Source: Zootoca vivipara (taxonomy: Eukaryota). From it: a stretch of DNA of 64,000 bases. The translations under genes and the position numbers were made by a program. Location of the stretch: contig NC_083288.1 of NCBI RefSeq assembly GCF_963506605.1, forward strand, positions 37,758,001 through 37,822,000. Direction: 5' to 3'. Each line of letters begins with the position of its first letter. Position 1 is the first letter of the stretch. Below the pieces are notes generated by a model. That model was given only the letters and a program-made list of their open reading frames with translations, was not told the origin of the DNA and ran no database searches. Of the stretch, positions 1 to 12,339 are shown piece by piece.

Positions 1-677
1 TTCATCTTCCACGGACACAATTTCTCGCGTTGCAACAAAGCTGTCAGTCTTTAAGTTTCCACCGGACTCTTTCATCTTCTTTGCTACGGGGGTTGGTTGG
101 GAATCCTTTTTGGAACAAGCTCCCATTAAAATAATCTTCACCATCATCTTGGCATTTTCCATAGTACAGATGGGTGTTTTGACTTTCATTTCCCGTCAGC
201 ATAAAATAAAATACTTGGAGACTTCGTTTGCTTTTACCTAGCAGAAACCGCAACATTTCCCTGCCACGGGATGATTTCCAAGTCAAATTGTTTTTCTCCC
301 GCCACCGAACCTTTGAAGCTGTAGAATTTCCACCCACCCATCAATAACAGCTGCAGGAAAGCGATGTATGTTACAGCTAGTAGGAGAATTATGACTCAGA
401 ATCAAGTTTTCGGGTTTGGATTTCGGGTTTTGGATCAATGAAATGTGGGGCCTACAACTGCAGGCCATTTTCCTGTTCCCAAATCCTATTTAAAAGTCAA
501 TTTCATTTTAGCTAGTTTGTGGGGGGTGGGGGAATGCAGGTTTACCACTCAAACGACCTTCCTTTCTTTGCATTCATCAAAACTGTGGTTTACTAAAAAT
601 ATATAATAAAACATAAAAAGTATTGATAAAAGAAGTTTAAAACACGTATTGATCAAAAAGCAACATGGAACTTCTGC

Positions 678-1285
678 AGTGAGAGATTTTACTTTCTTGG
701 GTTCCATGATCACTGCAAACGGTTACAGCAGTCATGAAATTAAAAGACGCCTGCTTCTTGGGAGAAAAGCAATGACAAACCTAGAAAGCATCTTAAAAAG
801 CAGAGACATCACCTTGCCGACAAAGGTCCATATAGTTAAAGCTATGGTTTTCCCAGTAGTGATGTATGGAAGTGAGAGCTGGACCATAAAGAAGGCTGAT
901 CGCTGAAGAATTGATGCTTTTGAATTATGGTGCTGGAGGAGACTCTTGGGAGTCCCATGGACTGCAAGAAGATCAAACCTATCCATCCTTAAGGAAATCA
1001 GCCCTGAGTGCTCACTGGAAGGACAGATCCTGAAGCTGAAGCTCCAATACTTTGGCCACCTCATGAGAAGAGAAGACTCCCTGGAAAAGACCCTGATGCT
1101 GGGAAAGATTGAGGGCACTAGGAGAAGGGGACGACAGAGGATGAGATGGTTGGACAGTGTTCTCAAAGCTACGAACATGAGTTTGACCAAACTACGGGAG
1201 GCAATGGAAGACAGGGGTGCCTGGCATGCTATTGTCCATGGGGCCACAAAGAGTTGGACACGACTAAATGACTAAACAACAACAA
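678..1285 (+). mobile_element. 5'-truncated BovB (RTE) LINE
   Basis: RT C-terminal ORFs (EIKRRLLLGRKAMTNL..., LKLQYFGHLMRREDSLEKTLMLGKIEG), (aac)n tail, TSD caacatggaacttctgc at 661-677 and 1286-1302; in-frame stop present. Confidence 0.93.
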
Positions 1286-1607
1286 CAACATGGAACTTCT
1301 GCGTGTCTGATTAGGCTTGCCTAAACCAAAATGTTTTAAGGCTAGGGCTGCCATATGCCTGGATTTTCCCAGACATTAACAGGATTTCAAAGAAGGAATT
1401 GGACGTCGGGGGGGGGGAATTTCTGAAAGGCGGCACTTTGTCCTGGATCTTAGGCAAGTCAAGTTTTTGTAAACAACTTTTAGGGTGTCCTGGTTTTTAA
1501 AATATTTAAGCAGGCACTGGAAAGAGCGGAACGAGCATTATGCAGCATGTGTAACAATGCCAGTTGTACAGGTTGAAGCAATTGAGTGGGCATATATGGG
1601 GTTAGGG

Positions 1608-1743
1608 CAGGCATCCCCAAACTTCGGCCCTCCAGATGTTTTGGACTACAATACCCATCACCCCTGACCACTGGTCCTGTTAGCTAGGGATCATGGGAGT
1701 TGTAGGCCAAAACATCTGGAGGGCCACAGTTTGGGGATGCCTG
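1608..1743. mobile_element. hAT-type MITE (~135 bp, palindromic)
   Basis: TIRs caggcatccccaaact...agtttggggatgcctg; 8-bp TSD ggttaggg. Confidence 0.88.
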
Positions 1744-2213
1744 GGTTAGGGGGTCCTGCAACTAAACTGGTCCCAAGCTGTTAAGGGCTTTGTATACAAC
1801 CAGTGCAAATCTCTGAGCAGAGGCGTTCTATGCAGGCATATGCAATCTCACTACCTGCCAGCAATGGTGCTACACCGAAGAAAAGGACACCAAGAACTCT
1901 GACCAGAAATTTCAATGTTAGGAATAAATCCTGCTCGCGAGTTACAGTCAAATAAGGTATGTATTCTGGTAAGACTAGCAGTCTTGAACAGAACAAATGA
2001 ATACAAACAAGAAATTAGCTTCAAGTTCACTAGAGTATATGTATCTTGAAATAAATGTTACAACTTAGAATTCACGGTAGTGTGTGTAAATAATAGGACA
2101 TTACAGTGTAAAGACACAAAAGATATCAACTAATAATATCCGTAAATATCAGTCCGATTCCAAAAGGGTCATTTTACGTAGAGCCGGAATGCCGAGTTGA
2201 TTCAGTAAAAGAA

Positions 2214-2259
2214 CCCAGGACAGGGCCCTGTTTCGATGTGGACGTCTTCGTCAGCTAAT
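2214..2259 (-). ncRNA. Minimal type I hammerhead ribozyme motif (Penelope-like-element type)
   Basis: The minus strand reads ttag-CTGACGA-agacgtccacatc-GAA-acagggccctgt-C-ctgg: conserved CUGANGA and GAAA cores, GUC cleavage triplet, palindromic helix III, and helix I ttag/ctgg. Confidence 0.75.
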
Positions 2260-3289
2260 TTATGAGGTCGTGTTGATTTGTGAAATAGAATTCTATGTTT
2301 TTTCAAATATCGTGTTTGAGTTTGTGGAGATCAGCACACAGAAACGCATAGAAATATTCAAATACACGCTGATCTCCACAAACTCAAGACATGATATTTG
2401 AAAAACATCTGGAGGGCTGAGTTTGCCTATGCCTGTGCTACAGCATTCTCCACTGTGCAGCTTAGAATCATAGAATTGGAAGGGACCCCTGAGGGTCATC
2501 TAGTCCAACCCCCTGGAATCTCAACTAAAGGATCCGTGACAGATGGCCATCCAGACTCTGCTTAAAATCAGGATCAAGTGCAAGGGAAGCCCCACACAGA
2601 GTGCATTGTAGTAACCCAATCACCTGAATTGCTTATCATCGTATGTACATACATAACAATTTCACATGCTAACATCTGCCTGTCACACAAGATTGGATCC
2701 ATGGGCCCACCTTCAGAACACACTCCCCACGTACTCCAGTCTGAAGTGCCCCCCCCAAAAAAAACACTATCCTTGTCCATCATTTCCCCAGAGATAGAGG
2801 TACTCTGCCTTAAACACCTTTATAGCAGCCATACGGTAAATCCAACAGGTGCAGATGCCCTGCTGGAGAAACAGTGATTAGAAGGAGAATCAGTTCTGAC
2901 ATTGAGAACAGGAACAGCAGGCTACTGCTGCTCTCTGGTGGGCAAAGTGAGTTATAGCAGCAACAGAGCTGTCCTTCCTTTACTGCTTGCGTCTTCCCAG
3001 AATAGCATTAATTATTGGACAGCGCCATGTCCACACTATTTGTTGCATTTAAAACGTTTTTTTTTAAAAAAAAAACAATTTAATTTTTTTGAGTCAACTG
3101 CTTGCTCACTTTACTGAATATGCATTCATGTACCTGTTGAAGACATAACAATCCCAACCGTGACAACAGCTGGCTCTGCTGCAGTACTCCATATTTGAAG
3201 GATGCCCATCTCTCCTGTGGCTGGACTGCACTTCTCCAGTTTGGGAGGAGCTAAAGGGGGAAATAGCCTCTCCTTCCTCCTAGCCCACT

Positions 3290-3639
3290 GGACCCAGGTG
3301 GCGCTGTGGGTTAAACCACTGAGCCTAGGGCTTGCTGATCAGAAGGTCGGCGGTTCAAATCCGTGTGACGGGGTGAGCTCCCATTGCTTGGTCCCAGCTC
3401 CTGCCAACCTAGCAGTTCGAAAGCACGTCAAAATGCAAGTAGATAAATAGGAACCGCTACAGCGGGAAGGTAAACGGCGTTTCCGTGCGCTGCTCTGGTT
3501 TGCCAGAAGCGGCTTTGTCATGCTGGCCACATGACCTGGAAGTTATACGCCGGCTCCCTCGGCCAATAATGCGAGATGAGCGCGCAACCCCAGAGTCGGT
3601 CACGACTGGACCTAATGGTCAGGGGTCCCTTTACCTTTA
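3290..3639 (+). mobile_element. Sauria SINE
   Basis: ggtggcgctgtgggttaaacc head, (acctttt)n-type tail, TSD cctcctagcccac. Confidence 0.9.
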
Positions 3640-6602
3640 CCTCCTAGCCCACCAGCTGAAGTCCGATGATGTCTGACAGTGTGGAGCAGAATCTTAACTG
3701 TTACATCCCTGGCAAGCTGTTATTAGGTCTGTGGTTCAAACCTGCTTACAACCCAATCCGTATTCACTAAAAACAACATACCCTTATATTCAGGCGGTGT
3801 ATATGTTGCAATTACAGAACAGTAAAAAAAAAAAAAAAGCTGCAGAATTATATTGGCCACGGCATTCAGCTCCCTTCCTTTTCATTCTACCCACCCACCC
3901 AACGACCAGGTTTCTTGTGTTTCTAAAGATACGTTTAATCCTGTGTGGGTGGTGAATCCCAGCAACGCAAACAGTTGATGCATAAAATTTATTGCAGTCA
4001 GGGGAAAAGGTTCGGTGCTCCTCCTTGCCCTGCCCTGTTCCAAGCGTCACCAGCAAAACAAATGAAGCAAAACAAAGATAAACCATGCACGTTTGCATAA
4101 TTTTATTCAGGTTGCAGAATCCACCTTTGTGTCGTTGCGGAATTTTCGTCACTTTGGAGCAGAATTATTATCGTTTCTTTTTAAATCATCACAGAAGGGC
4201 ACACAGATCTGACTACGCCTTTTGTAATCACGGAAGACCATGCACATACAAGCCAAGTACTGTAGCACCCAGCCATTAACTGAAGCATAAAATGGGAGAA
4301 GACCCTTTGCTCAGGGGTTGAGCAGAGACTTCAGCAGACAAACGGTCCCCGGTATCTCCAGCTTTAAAAATGGACCTAAGGAAGCCGGGCTGGAAAGGAC
4401 CATACAGACCAGCCACTGCCATTTAGTGTTGGTAGATGGAAACACAGAAGCTCAAAATGCTACTATTTTGTGCCTTAGCACAGACCAGAGGTGGAGAACC
4501 TGTTGCCTTCCAGATGATGCTGTACTCCAGCTCCCATCAGCGCCAGCCAGCATGGCAAAAGGCTACAATGATGAGAACTGTAGTCTCACAACATCTGGAA
4601 GGCCATGGGCTCCCCACTTCTGCCATAGCCTAGCCCCTCGGCACCCATACAAGACACTACCTCCTAGTCGCACATGCACACTGGGCACCCACAATGTTGG
4701 GTGGAACCCGACACACCCGCATTGAACACTGCGGGGCTCATTTCTGAATAAACACGTGAATTGCAGTGGGGCACCACCGATGGTCTCTCCCTCCTATCTT
4801 TTATGATACATATCCCTAAGATAAATATTAGCATTTCCATCTAACTTCATTTCTAATGAACTTTCCACCCTGTTAATAAAAAAAATAAATGAATCTCAGA
4901 GGGGTTCCATTTGGGCTTTTTTCTTGGGGTGGGGGTCATTAAAAGGGAGTTCCACTTGTGGGGGAAAACTCCTTTTGACTAAACTGGGAGCAGATACCCA
5001 GCACAATACAGTCCTTTATATATATCTTTTTTTTCCTCCAAAGAAATTTTTAAAACTCTTGCCCAGGAAGAATTTTCTTTCCCCACCCCATCTCCAATAT
5101 CCTGACCCAGACGAGTCCCTCCCCAAACAGCAGTTTCTTTTAAAGGCAATAAAGAAAATATGCCAGCCATCAGCCCCATTCATTTCCTCCACAAATCAGC
5201 CTGAGAGGAACAGAAAGTGGAGAAACTAAGAGGAGGTGACGTTTTGCCCCTGTGTGGGAAGAGTTTAGTTTTTCTTGTTTGTTTAAACATCATGCAAACT
5301 AGCTATATTTACACTTTCCTTCCTTTCTTTCACTCATTGCCCTTAATAGTTTAGACCAGGAACTAGCGGCCCTCCGTATGTTGATGGACTACAACTCCCA
5401 TCATCCCTGACAGCTATGTCCCCCGGGGCTGTGGGGAGCTGGACTCCAGCAACATCTGGAAGGCCACAGGTTCTCCATTGCTGGCACGGATCTTGCTTCC
5501 TCAGTTGGACCAGCCGCTCACACAAAATGGCCGCCAGGTGTCATTTAACGACTGACCCCTCTTCACAGGGAATTCTGAGAACTGTAGCTCTTCGAAGGGC
5601 ACAGGGGTTTCCAAACAGCCCTCGGCACCCTTCACAAACTGCAGCTCCCAGAATCCTTTGGGGGAAGCCATGACTGTTTAAAGCGGTATCAGAGTACTTT
5701 AAATGTATGGTGTGTATGTGACCTCAGAATAGAGGGGACAATGATGCGAGGACAGAAATGCCAGGCGGTCCTCCTCCAAAAATGCTTCGATGAGGGCAGA
5801 AATACTCTCATTCGCCCAGAGACCTGGGCCTCAAAACTCTTTTTAGTAACTTTGGGGGGGGGGGGAACAGCCCAAACCATCTCACATTGACAATAGGGAG
5901 GATAAAAGGGTGGGTAACTAACCCCCAAAAGTTTCTTGGAGGGACAGCAGAATAAATGTAACAGAAAAATAAACAAACCTTCTCAAATGTTTTCCCAATT
6001 TTTCAAAAGATAGTTTTGACTATCACCGCCCCCGCCCCCCTCACCAAGCTCATGGTGTCCAAGAACAGAAGACCCTGGTACATTTGACAGGCTCCTGCTG
6101 GGAACAAAGTAAGGCCTAAAGCCCCGAGTTCAAGTTCAGAGGACAATGGCCAGCTTCCATGTCTGTCCCTTCTCTGTTGGGGTCTCCTTAACATCCGGTA
6201 AACAAAACTGGCTCAAGGATGAATTTCAGGCTTTGAAATGGGAGTCTCACACAGGCTAAATATAAAGTTTCAGGTGTTACGTAATTCAGTCAGGGACTGA
6301 ATTCAGATCGCTGAAACTTTAAGATGAGAATCAGAAGTCTGAAATTAGAAAATTAACCAGGGCATGACGGCAAAGATTAGTGATGCTCAGTGAACGAGAC
6401 AAGAATCTACGAGGTTTGCTCCCTTGGGGAAATCCCAGAAACAGCACAAAGACCATTTTAGATTTTAGAGAAGGAGATGGAAATTGAAGTTGCGGGACCA
6501 TCAGTTTGCAAAGGGTGGTTCTGTCAGCACCATTAGAGGTTCAAAATCCGTTTCCTGTTTGCGTGAAGGCCAGGCCTCAGAGTCAGGATGCAGAAGGCTA
6601 TA

Positions 6603-7224
6603 CAGTGGTACCTCGGTTTATGAACACAATTGGTTCCGGAAGTCTGTTCATAAACTGAAGCGTTCATAAACTGAAGCGAACTTTCCCATTGAAAGTAATG
6701 GAAAGTGGATTAATCCGTTCCAGACGGTCCGCGGAGTAACCGTTCATAAACTGAAGCGAACTTTTCCATTGAAAGTAATGGAAAGTGGATTAATCCGTTC
6801 CAGACGGGTCCGTGAAGTACTTAAACTGAAGCGTTCATAAACTGAAACATGGGTGTAATTGGTTCCGGAAGTCTGTTCATAAACTGAAGCGTTCATAAAC
6901 TGAAGCGAACTTTCCCATTAAAAGTAATGGAAAGTGAATTAATCCGTTCCAGATGGGTCCGCGGTGTTCATAAACTGAAAATTCATAAACCGAGGTGTTC
7001 ATAAACCGAGGTTCCACTGTACAGTGGTACCTCGGGTTACAGACGCTTCAGATTACAGACTCCGCTAACCCAGAAATAGCACCTCGGGTTAAGAACTTTG
7101 CTTCAGGATGAGAACAGAAATCGCGCGGCGGCAGCGGGAGGCCCTATTACCTCAGGTTAAGAACAGTTTCAGATTAAGAACGGACCTCCGGAACAAATTA
7201 TGTTCTTAACCTGAGGTACCACTG
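6603..7224. mobile_element. Two adjacent Tc1/mariner (Tigger/pogo-like) MITEs, 6603-7019 and 7022-7224, sharing one TA
   Basis: TA|cagtggtacctcgg...ccgaggttccactg|TA|cagtggtacctcgg...gaggtaccactg|TA; the first has internal tandem repeats. Confidence 0.87.
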
Positions 7225-7431
7225 TACTCAGGGACAGATTGAAGGGGCAAAATTTGAGATGAAAGGTCAGGATCAGGGCACAGCCCAAGTCCACTGGTCT
7301 GTATTCTTAGAAAGGGATCTCCTGTTTAGATGTAGGAAACTGAGAGCAAGCAAGGAAGGCCCGTTGGTGCTCAGAGAAGGCCAAAAATGGGGGGAGGGCT
7401 TCCTGCTTCCCCCCTCCCCTTCCTCACAGGG

Positions 7432-10400
7432 TCAGGGAGCAAGGTGAGTACGCTGGTGTTTGGAGAAAGCGGAACTCCACCGGAACGACTTCCCGCAGGC
7501 GCCGCAGACATACGGGCGGGTGCCGGCGTGCTGGTGCTGGTGCTCAGCTAGGTTGCCGCGCTGCCGGAAGCTCTTGCCGCAGACGGGGCAGCGGTACGGC
7601 CTCTCGGCTGTATGAACTCGCCGGTGCTTGACCAGGTGCGAGTTCTGGGTGAAAGATTTGCCGCAGGAGGTGCAGGCGTAGGGCCTCTCGCCGGTGTGCG
7701 TCCGCTGGTGCTGGATGAGGTTGGAGCTCTGCCGGAAGCCCTTGCCGCACTCGGTGCACCGGAAAGGGCGGGCGCCCGTGTGCGTGGCCTGGTGCTTGGC
7801 TAGGTAGGAGCCCAGGGCGAAAGCCTTGCCACAGATCGCGCAGCAGTGCGCCTTGCCCGGGGCGTGCGTGCGGCGGTGCTCCGCCAAGTTGGAGCTTTGG
7901 CTAAAGATTTTGCCGCAGTCGGGGCACTTGAACGGCTTCTCGCCGGTGTGCGTCACCTGGTGCCGCAGGAGCTTCGAGCTCTGCGCAAAGCCCTTGCCGC
8001 AATCGGGGCATTTGTAGGGGCGCTCCGCCGGGTGGCAGCTGCGGCAGTGCTCGGTGAGTCGGCAGCGCCACACGAAGGTCTCGCCACACTGAGGACACCG
8101 GGCCGGAGGGTCGCGTTGGTGTTGCCGCAGCCCCGAAAGCAACACGAAGCCCTTGCCGCACGCTGGGCACCGGAAAGGCCTCTCCTCGCCCAAGTGGCGA
8201 CGCTGGTGCCTCCCCAGCTTGCCACTGTCTGGAAAACGTTCACCGCACGTCGGGCAGCGGTAGGCATCGTCGTCTGACATGTGGGTGCGCTCGTGCGCCG
8301 CCAGCGTGGCAAATAGCGCAAAGGACTTGCCGCACACGGCGCAGGAGTACAGCTTGTCTAAGGCAGCCTCAGTTGTGTGGCTCAGCTGGTGAATCACAAG
8401 CTCCGAGTCACTAGGAAACGTTTCGCCACACTGGTGGCAGTAGTGGGATCTTCCATCCGCCCCATGGCTCACTTTATGCTCCAGGAGATCACTACTGTCC
8501 AGGAAGCAAGTGCTGCAGATGCTACATTTATAAGGCTTCTCTTCTGCCTCCTCATCTCCTTTGCCAGCATGACTTGCTTGGTGAAGGACCAACTCATCAC
8601 GATCAAGGAAGGTTTTCCCACACGGGGGGCAGGGAAACGATTCCACTTCCAGGTGGATTCTCTGGTGTGCGGCCAAAGCAGTGGCCTCGGCAAAGTGGGC
8701 CCCACACTCTGGACACTCAAAGGGATTCTCCTTCCCATTGCGGGTGCTCTGGGGCTCCTCCAAGCCAGAGCTATCGGGGAAGTTCTCTCCTCCTTGGTGG
8801 CAGAAGTGGGATAACTCTCCAAGGTGTAGTCTCTGATGTATCTGGAGGGCAGAGTTTTCAGAGAAGCAAGCATGACAGTCAGGGCATTTGTGTGGCTTCT
8901 CCTCCACACTGTGACTTGCCACGTGGGTGCCTAGTTCTGACTGGTCAGGGATGGTTTCTCCACACTGATGGCAGCCATGAGCAACTTCACTCAGATGGAT
9001 TCTTTGGTGCTGAGTCAGCTCAGAACTCTGCCTGAAGCCTTCCCCACATTCAGAACACATAAAGCTTTTCTCTTCTTCTTCTTCCTCCTCCTCCCCCTCC
9101 TCCTCTGCACGGTCATTTTGCTGCCCACCTGCATCTGAGCCCTCAAGCGAAGCTTCTTCATTTTGCTGCCTGCCCCAATCTGCGGCTGGCAGCGGAGTAG
9201 AGCAGGGCACTTCTGCAGTGACATTCCCCCAGCCGCTGCCGTTGGCGCGATGGTTGCGCATGTGCTTGGCCAGGTCAGAGCTGACGCCGAAGCAGCGGCC
9301 GCACTCCCTGCACAGGTAGGGCTTTTCGCCGGTGTGGGTCCGCCGGTGCGTGACAAGGGTGGACTTGCGCCCGAACCGCTTCCCGCAGTCGGGGCAAGCG
9401 TGGGGGCGCTCGCCCGAGTGCGTGCGCAAGTGGTGCGCCAGGGTGGAGCTCTGTGAGAAACGGGCCCCACACTGGTGGCACCGGAAAGGCTTCTCCCCCG
9501 TGTGTACCCGCTGGTGCTCCGCGAGCGTAGAGCCCCGGGCGAAGCGCTTCCCGCACTCGCCGCAGGCATGGGGGCGGCGCCCGCCGTGCGCCTTGAGGTG
9601 CTCCGCCAGCGAGGAGCTCCAGCTGAAGCCGCGGCCGCATTCGGGGCACCGGAAAGGGCGCTCCCCGGTGTGGATCCTCTGGTGCTTAACCAGGTTTGAG
9701 CTCTGGGCAAAGCCCTTGCCACACTCCGAGCAGTGGAACGGCCGGGGGTCTGCGGCGACAGAGGCCTTTGCGTCTTTCTCTCCTGATGCTGCTTGGCCCC
9801 AGTCCCAGCTCTCCAGGAAAGTCGAGGCCCCTTGCTCCTCAGCACCCTCCACCACTTCCTCCTCTTCCTCACTTGGTGTGTCAGAGCCTGGCGGGAGAAA
9901 GGAAGATCGTGAAGAAATGCGGCGCTGGATCAGGCCTATTGTCACAGGACATGTAGGCAAGTGAGGCTACAGGGAACCAGGCAGAGGGCCTTCTCGGTAG
10001 TGGAGCCCTCCCTGTGGAACACCCTCCCTTCAGATGTCAAGGAAATAAACAACTATCTGATTTTTAGAAGACACCTGAAGGCAGCCCTGTTTAGGGAAGT
10101 TTTTAATGTTTGATGTTTTATCGTGTTTTTAATACTCTGTTGGGAGCCACCCAGAGTGTATAAATAAATTGTTGTTGTTGTTATCACACAGTTCGAAGTT
10201 GGAGTTAATTCTTTATTAGCAAACAGCGACCCTCACAGACTTGGCTGAGTGTCACGTCTAATGGGGATAGCAACTCATCTCCCACCCTGTGGGAGGGGTT
10301 TTGTCTCCATGGAGCATTTGCTGAGACTGAAGATCACTGCCTCCCCGTAGCTTCCTAGGTCCCCTCCTCTCCCGGTCTTTCTTTCTAGCAATCAGAAACT

Positions 10401-11810
10401 GTGCCTGCCTGCAGCCAGCCTCTCCTCCCCACCTTTCATGCCTCGTCTGGTTCTGGGAAACCAGTGAACAGCTGCATATTCCTGCACTGGAGGGGATTTT
10501 GGACTAGGCAATCCTCAGGGTTCCTTCTGACTCTACAGCTTTATGGTTCTATGAAAACCAAGCATAGAACAAAATCATCATAGGAAACAGGTATGAAATA
10601 GCAAAGCAGGAGACAAAGAGGGGGGCAGAGGTTGGTTAGGGCTGAGAGAAACAGAAAAGTAACACCTGCCCCACACATCTAAAGCGCATGGATTCACCCA
10701 AAGAATCCTGGGAACTACAGTTTACCCCCTCCACCCTTAACAAACTACAACTTGCGGGATCCTTTGGGGGAAGCCAAGTGCTTTAAATGTATGGGGTGGA
10801 TGTGGCCAAAGACCAACCAGCCCAAGGTCACCCCCGTGAGCGTCATGGCCATGTGGGGATGTTGAGCTTGATTCCCCCAAAGTCCTAACCGCTAGACAGC
10901 ATTGCCCCCTCCGTGCAAGCAAGCCATTGCTCCTTACCTGCTTGGACCACTGTCAGCTCCTGCCTCTCTCCCGGCTCTGGCAGCTGCATCTCCTCCCCGT
11001 GCTCCATCCAGGGAAAATATGGTTTGACAACTACGAACCTAAAGGACAAGCCATTTAGACAGGGCAACCTTACAGAACCTTCGTCACACAAATCTCACAT
11101 GCCCATTAAAAATAAAGAAAAATCCAAGGGTTGGGGTGGCCCAAAAGTCCTTTAGTTTTTTTCACAGTGGATGTTCACACTGAAATATGGGTTCCCTGAG
11201 CCAGTGAATCAAAGACCTACATTGACCAGAAGAACACTTGTCATTTTCTCCCAAGTGACTCTCCTTTCTGTATTGCACAAATGATGCCTAGATCAATCAC
11301 CCCAAACATTGTGATGGGCAGGCGAGGCCTTAGTGGTTGTGTCACCACCGGGCACTGCCTGGTTGACGGTGGGCCCATGACAGGGCCTTTTCGGTGGTGG
11401 CCCCGTGTTTGTGGAATGAGGTGAGGTGCCCAGGGAATTGGGAGAAGCCAATGTTCCTTGGGCACACAGTTCTGCGACCACCACCACCTGCCAAGGCCAG
11501 AGTTCTTGCAAAAGTGCCACATCGAAGTCTCAAGCGCCACATACCAGAGCATATGCAACCCTGGGACTGTTAAGTGTCACACAGCCTGGTCTTGCACGTT
11601 TCCCCAGAAGAAAGACCCAGCTGAGTTCACTCACTCCCAGGTAAATGGGCATAGAATTGAGCAGCCCTCATTGGGTTTATAAAGGTAAGGAAAGGAAAAG
11701 GAGAAAGAAAGTGGATTGTACTTTGGGACACTGGAATCATCTTCCTCCAGAGGAAAGGGTCCACTGTTTTCAGCATCTACTGGGAAGCCTGGGTAGGGTA
11801 CCGATTCCAT
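7432..11810 (-). CDS. Multi-C2H2 zinc-finger protein (~881 aa, ~25 fingers, 2 degenerate); exons 11810-11722, 11038-10938, 9887-7432
   Basis: The 842-aa ORF has repeated CxxC-x12-HxxxH fingers and TGEKP/TGERP linkers. The acceptor cttcctttctcccgccag precedes 9887. Two upstream exons join in consistent phase (2, then 1) with GT/AG sites, and the middle one is KRAB-B-like (KPYFPWMEHGEEMQLP). The upstream exons are less certain than the last exon because the 11722 donor (gtacaa) is weak. Confidence 0.88.
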
Positions 11811-12339
11811 CTGCATGGGAGAGAAGAGAGTGTCAGTAGATGGGGACAAAGCTGGACTGTAGAAGCAGCACCCCTCTCTCCCTCTCTGACACTTACACAC
11901 ACAGGGATGAGAGAGGGAAAGGCAAGCCAGCAGGCAGGCATTTCGCACCCACGCCATAACTTTAAAGCAGCCTTATACCACTGTTAAAAGTCATGGCTTC
12001 TCCCACAAAGAATCCTGGGAATTGTAGCTTGGCATAAAGACGAATCAGAGCTCGCCTTTCAGGGTTGTTGTGAGAATGGCGCATGATGTATGCAGAGGGT
12101 AAGATAAAACAATGTAAATCACACCTAGAAAAAAAGTATCCAAGTCAGACTCTTTGTCACTCGTGCACCATACCTTTAAACTACTCTATGCATCACTCTT
12201 TTTTGGGCTCCCACACACCCCAAAAAAAGAATCATGGGAACTGTAGTTTGTCAAGGCTGCTGGCCTCGCAGAACTACATGTCCCAGCACCCTCGACAAAC
12301 TACAGTTCCCAGGATTTTCCAAGGTGGTATTGGAGTGTT

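Noticed and set aside
1-340. Minus-strand open frames at the window start
   Set aside because: No recognisable homology or clear splice structure; cut by the window edge.
649-1275. BovB-derived ORFs as host genes or bovine contamination
   Set aside because: They are truncated and disrupted LINE copies with TSDs embedded among squamate-specific SINEs.
6603-7019. Repeat-spacer-like pattern resembling a CRISPR array
   Set aside because: Eukaryotic DNA; these are internal tandem repeats of a TIR-bounded MITE also present at 55082.
7544-9964. Many overlapping alternative-frame and antisense ORFs over the zinc-finger exon (up to 285 aa)
   Set aside because: Expected by-product of GC-rich, repetitive finger codons; no recognisable domain.
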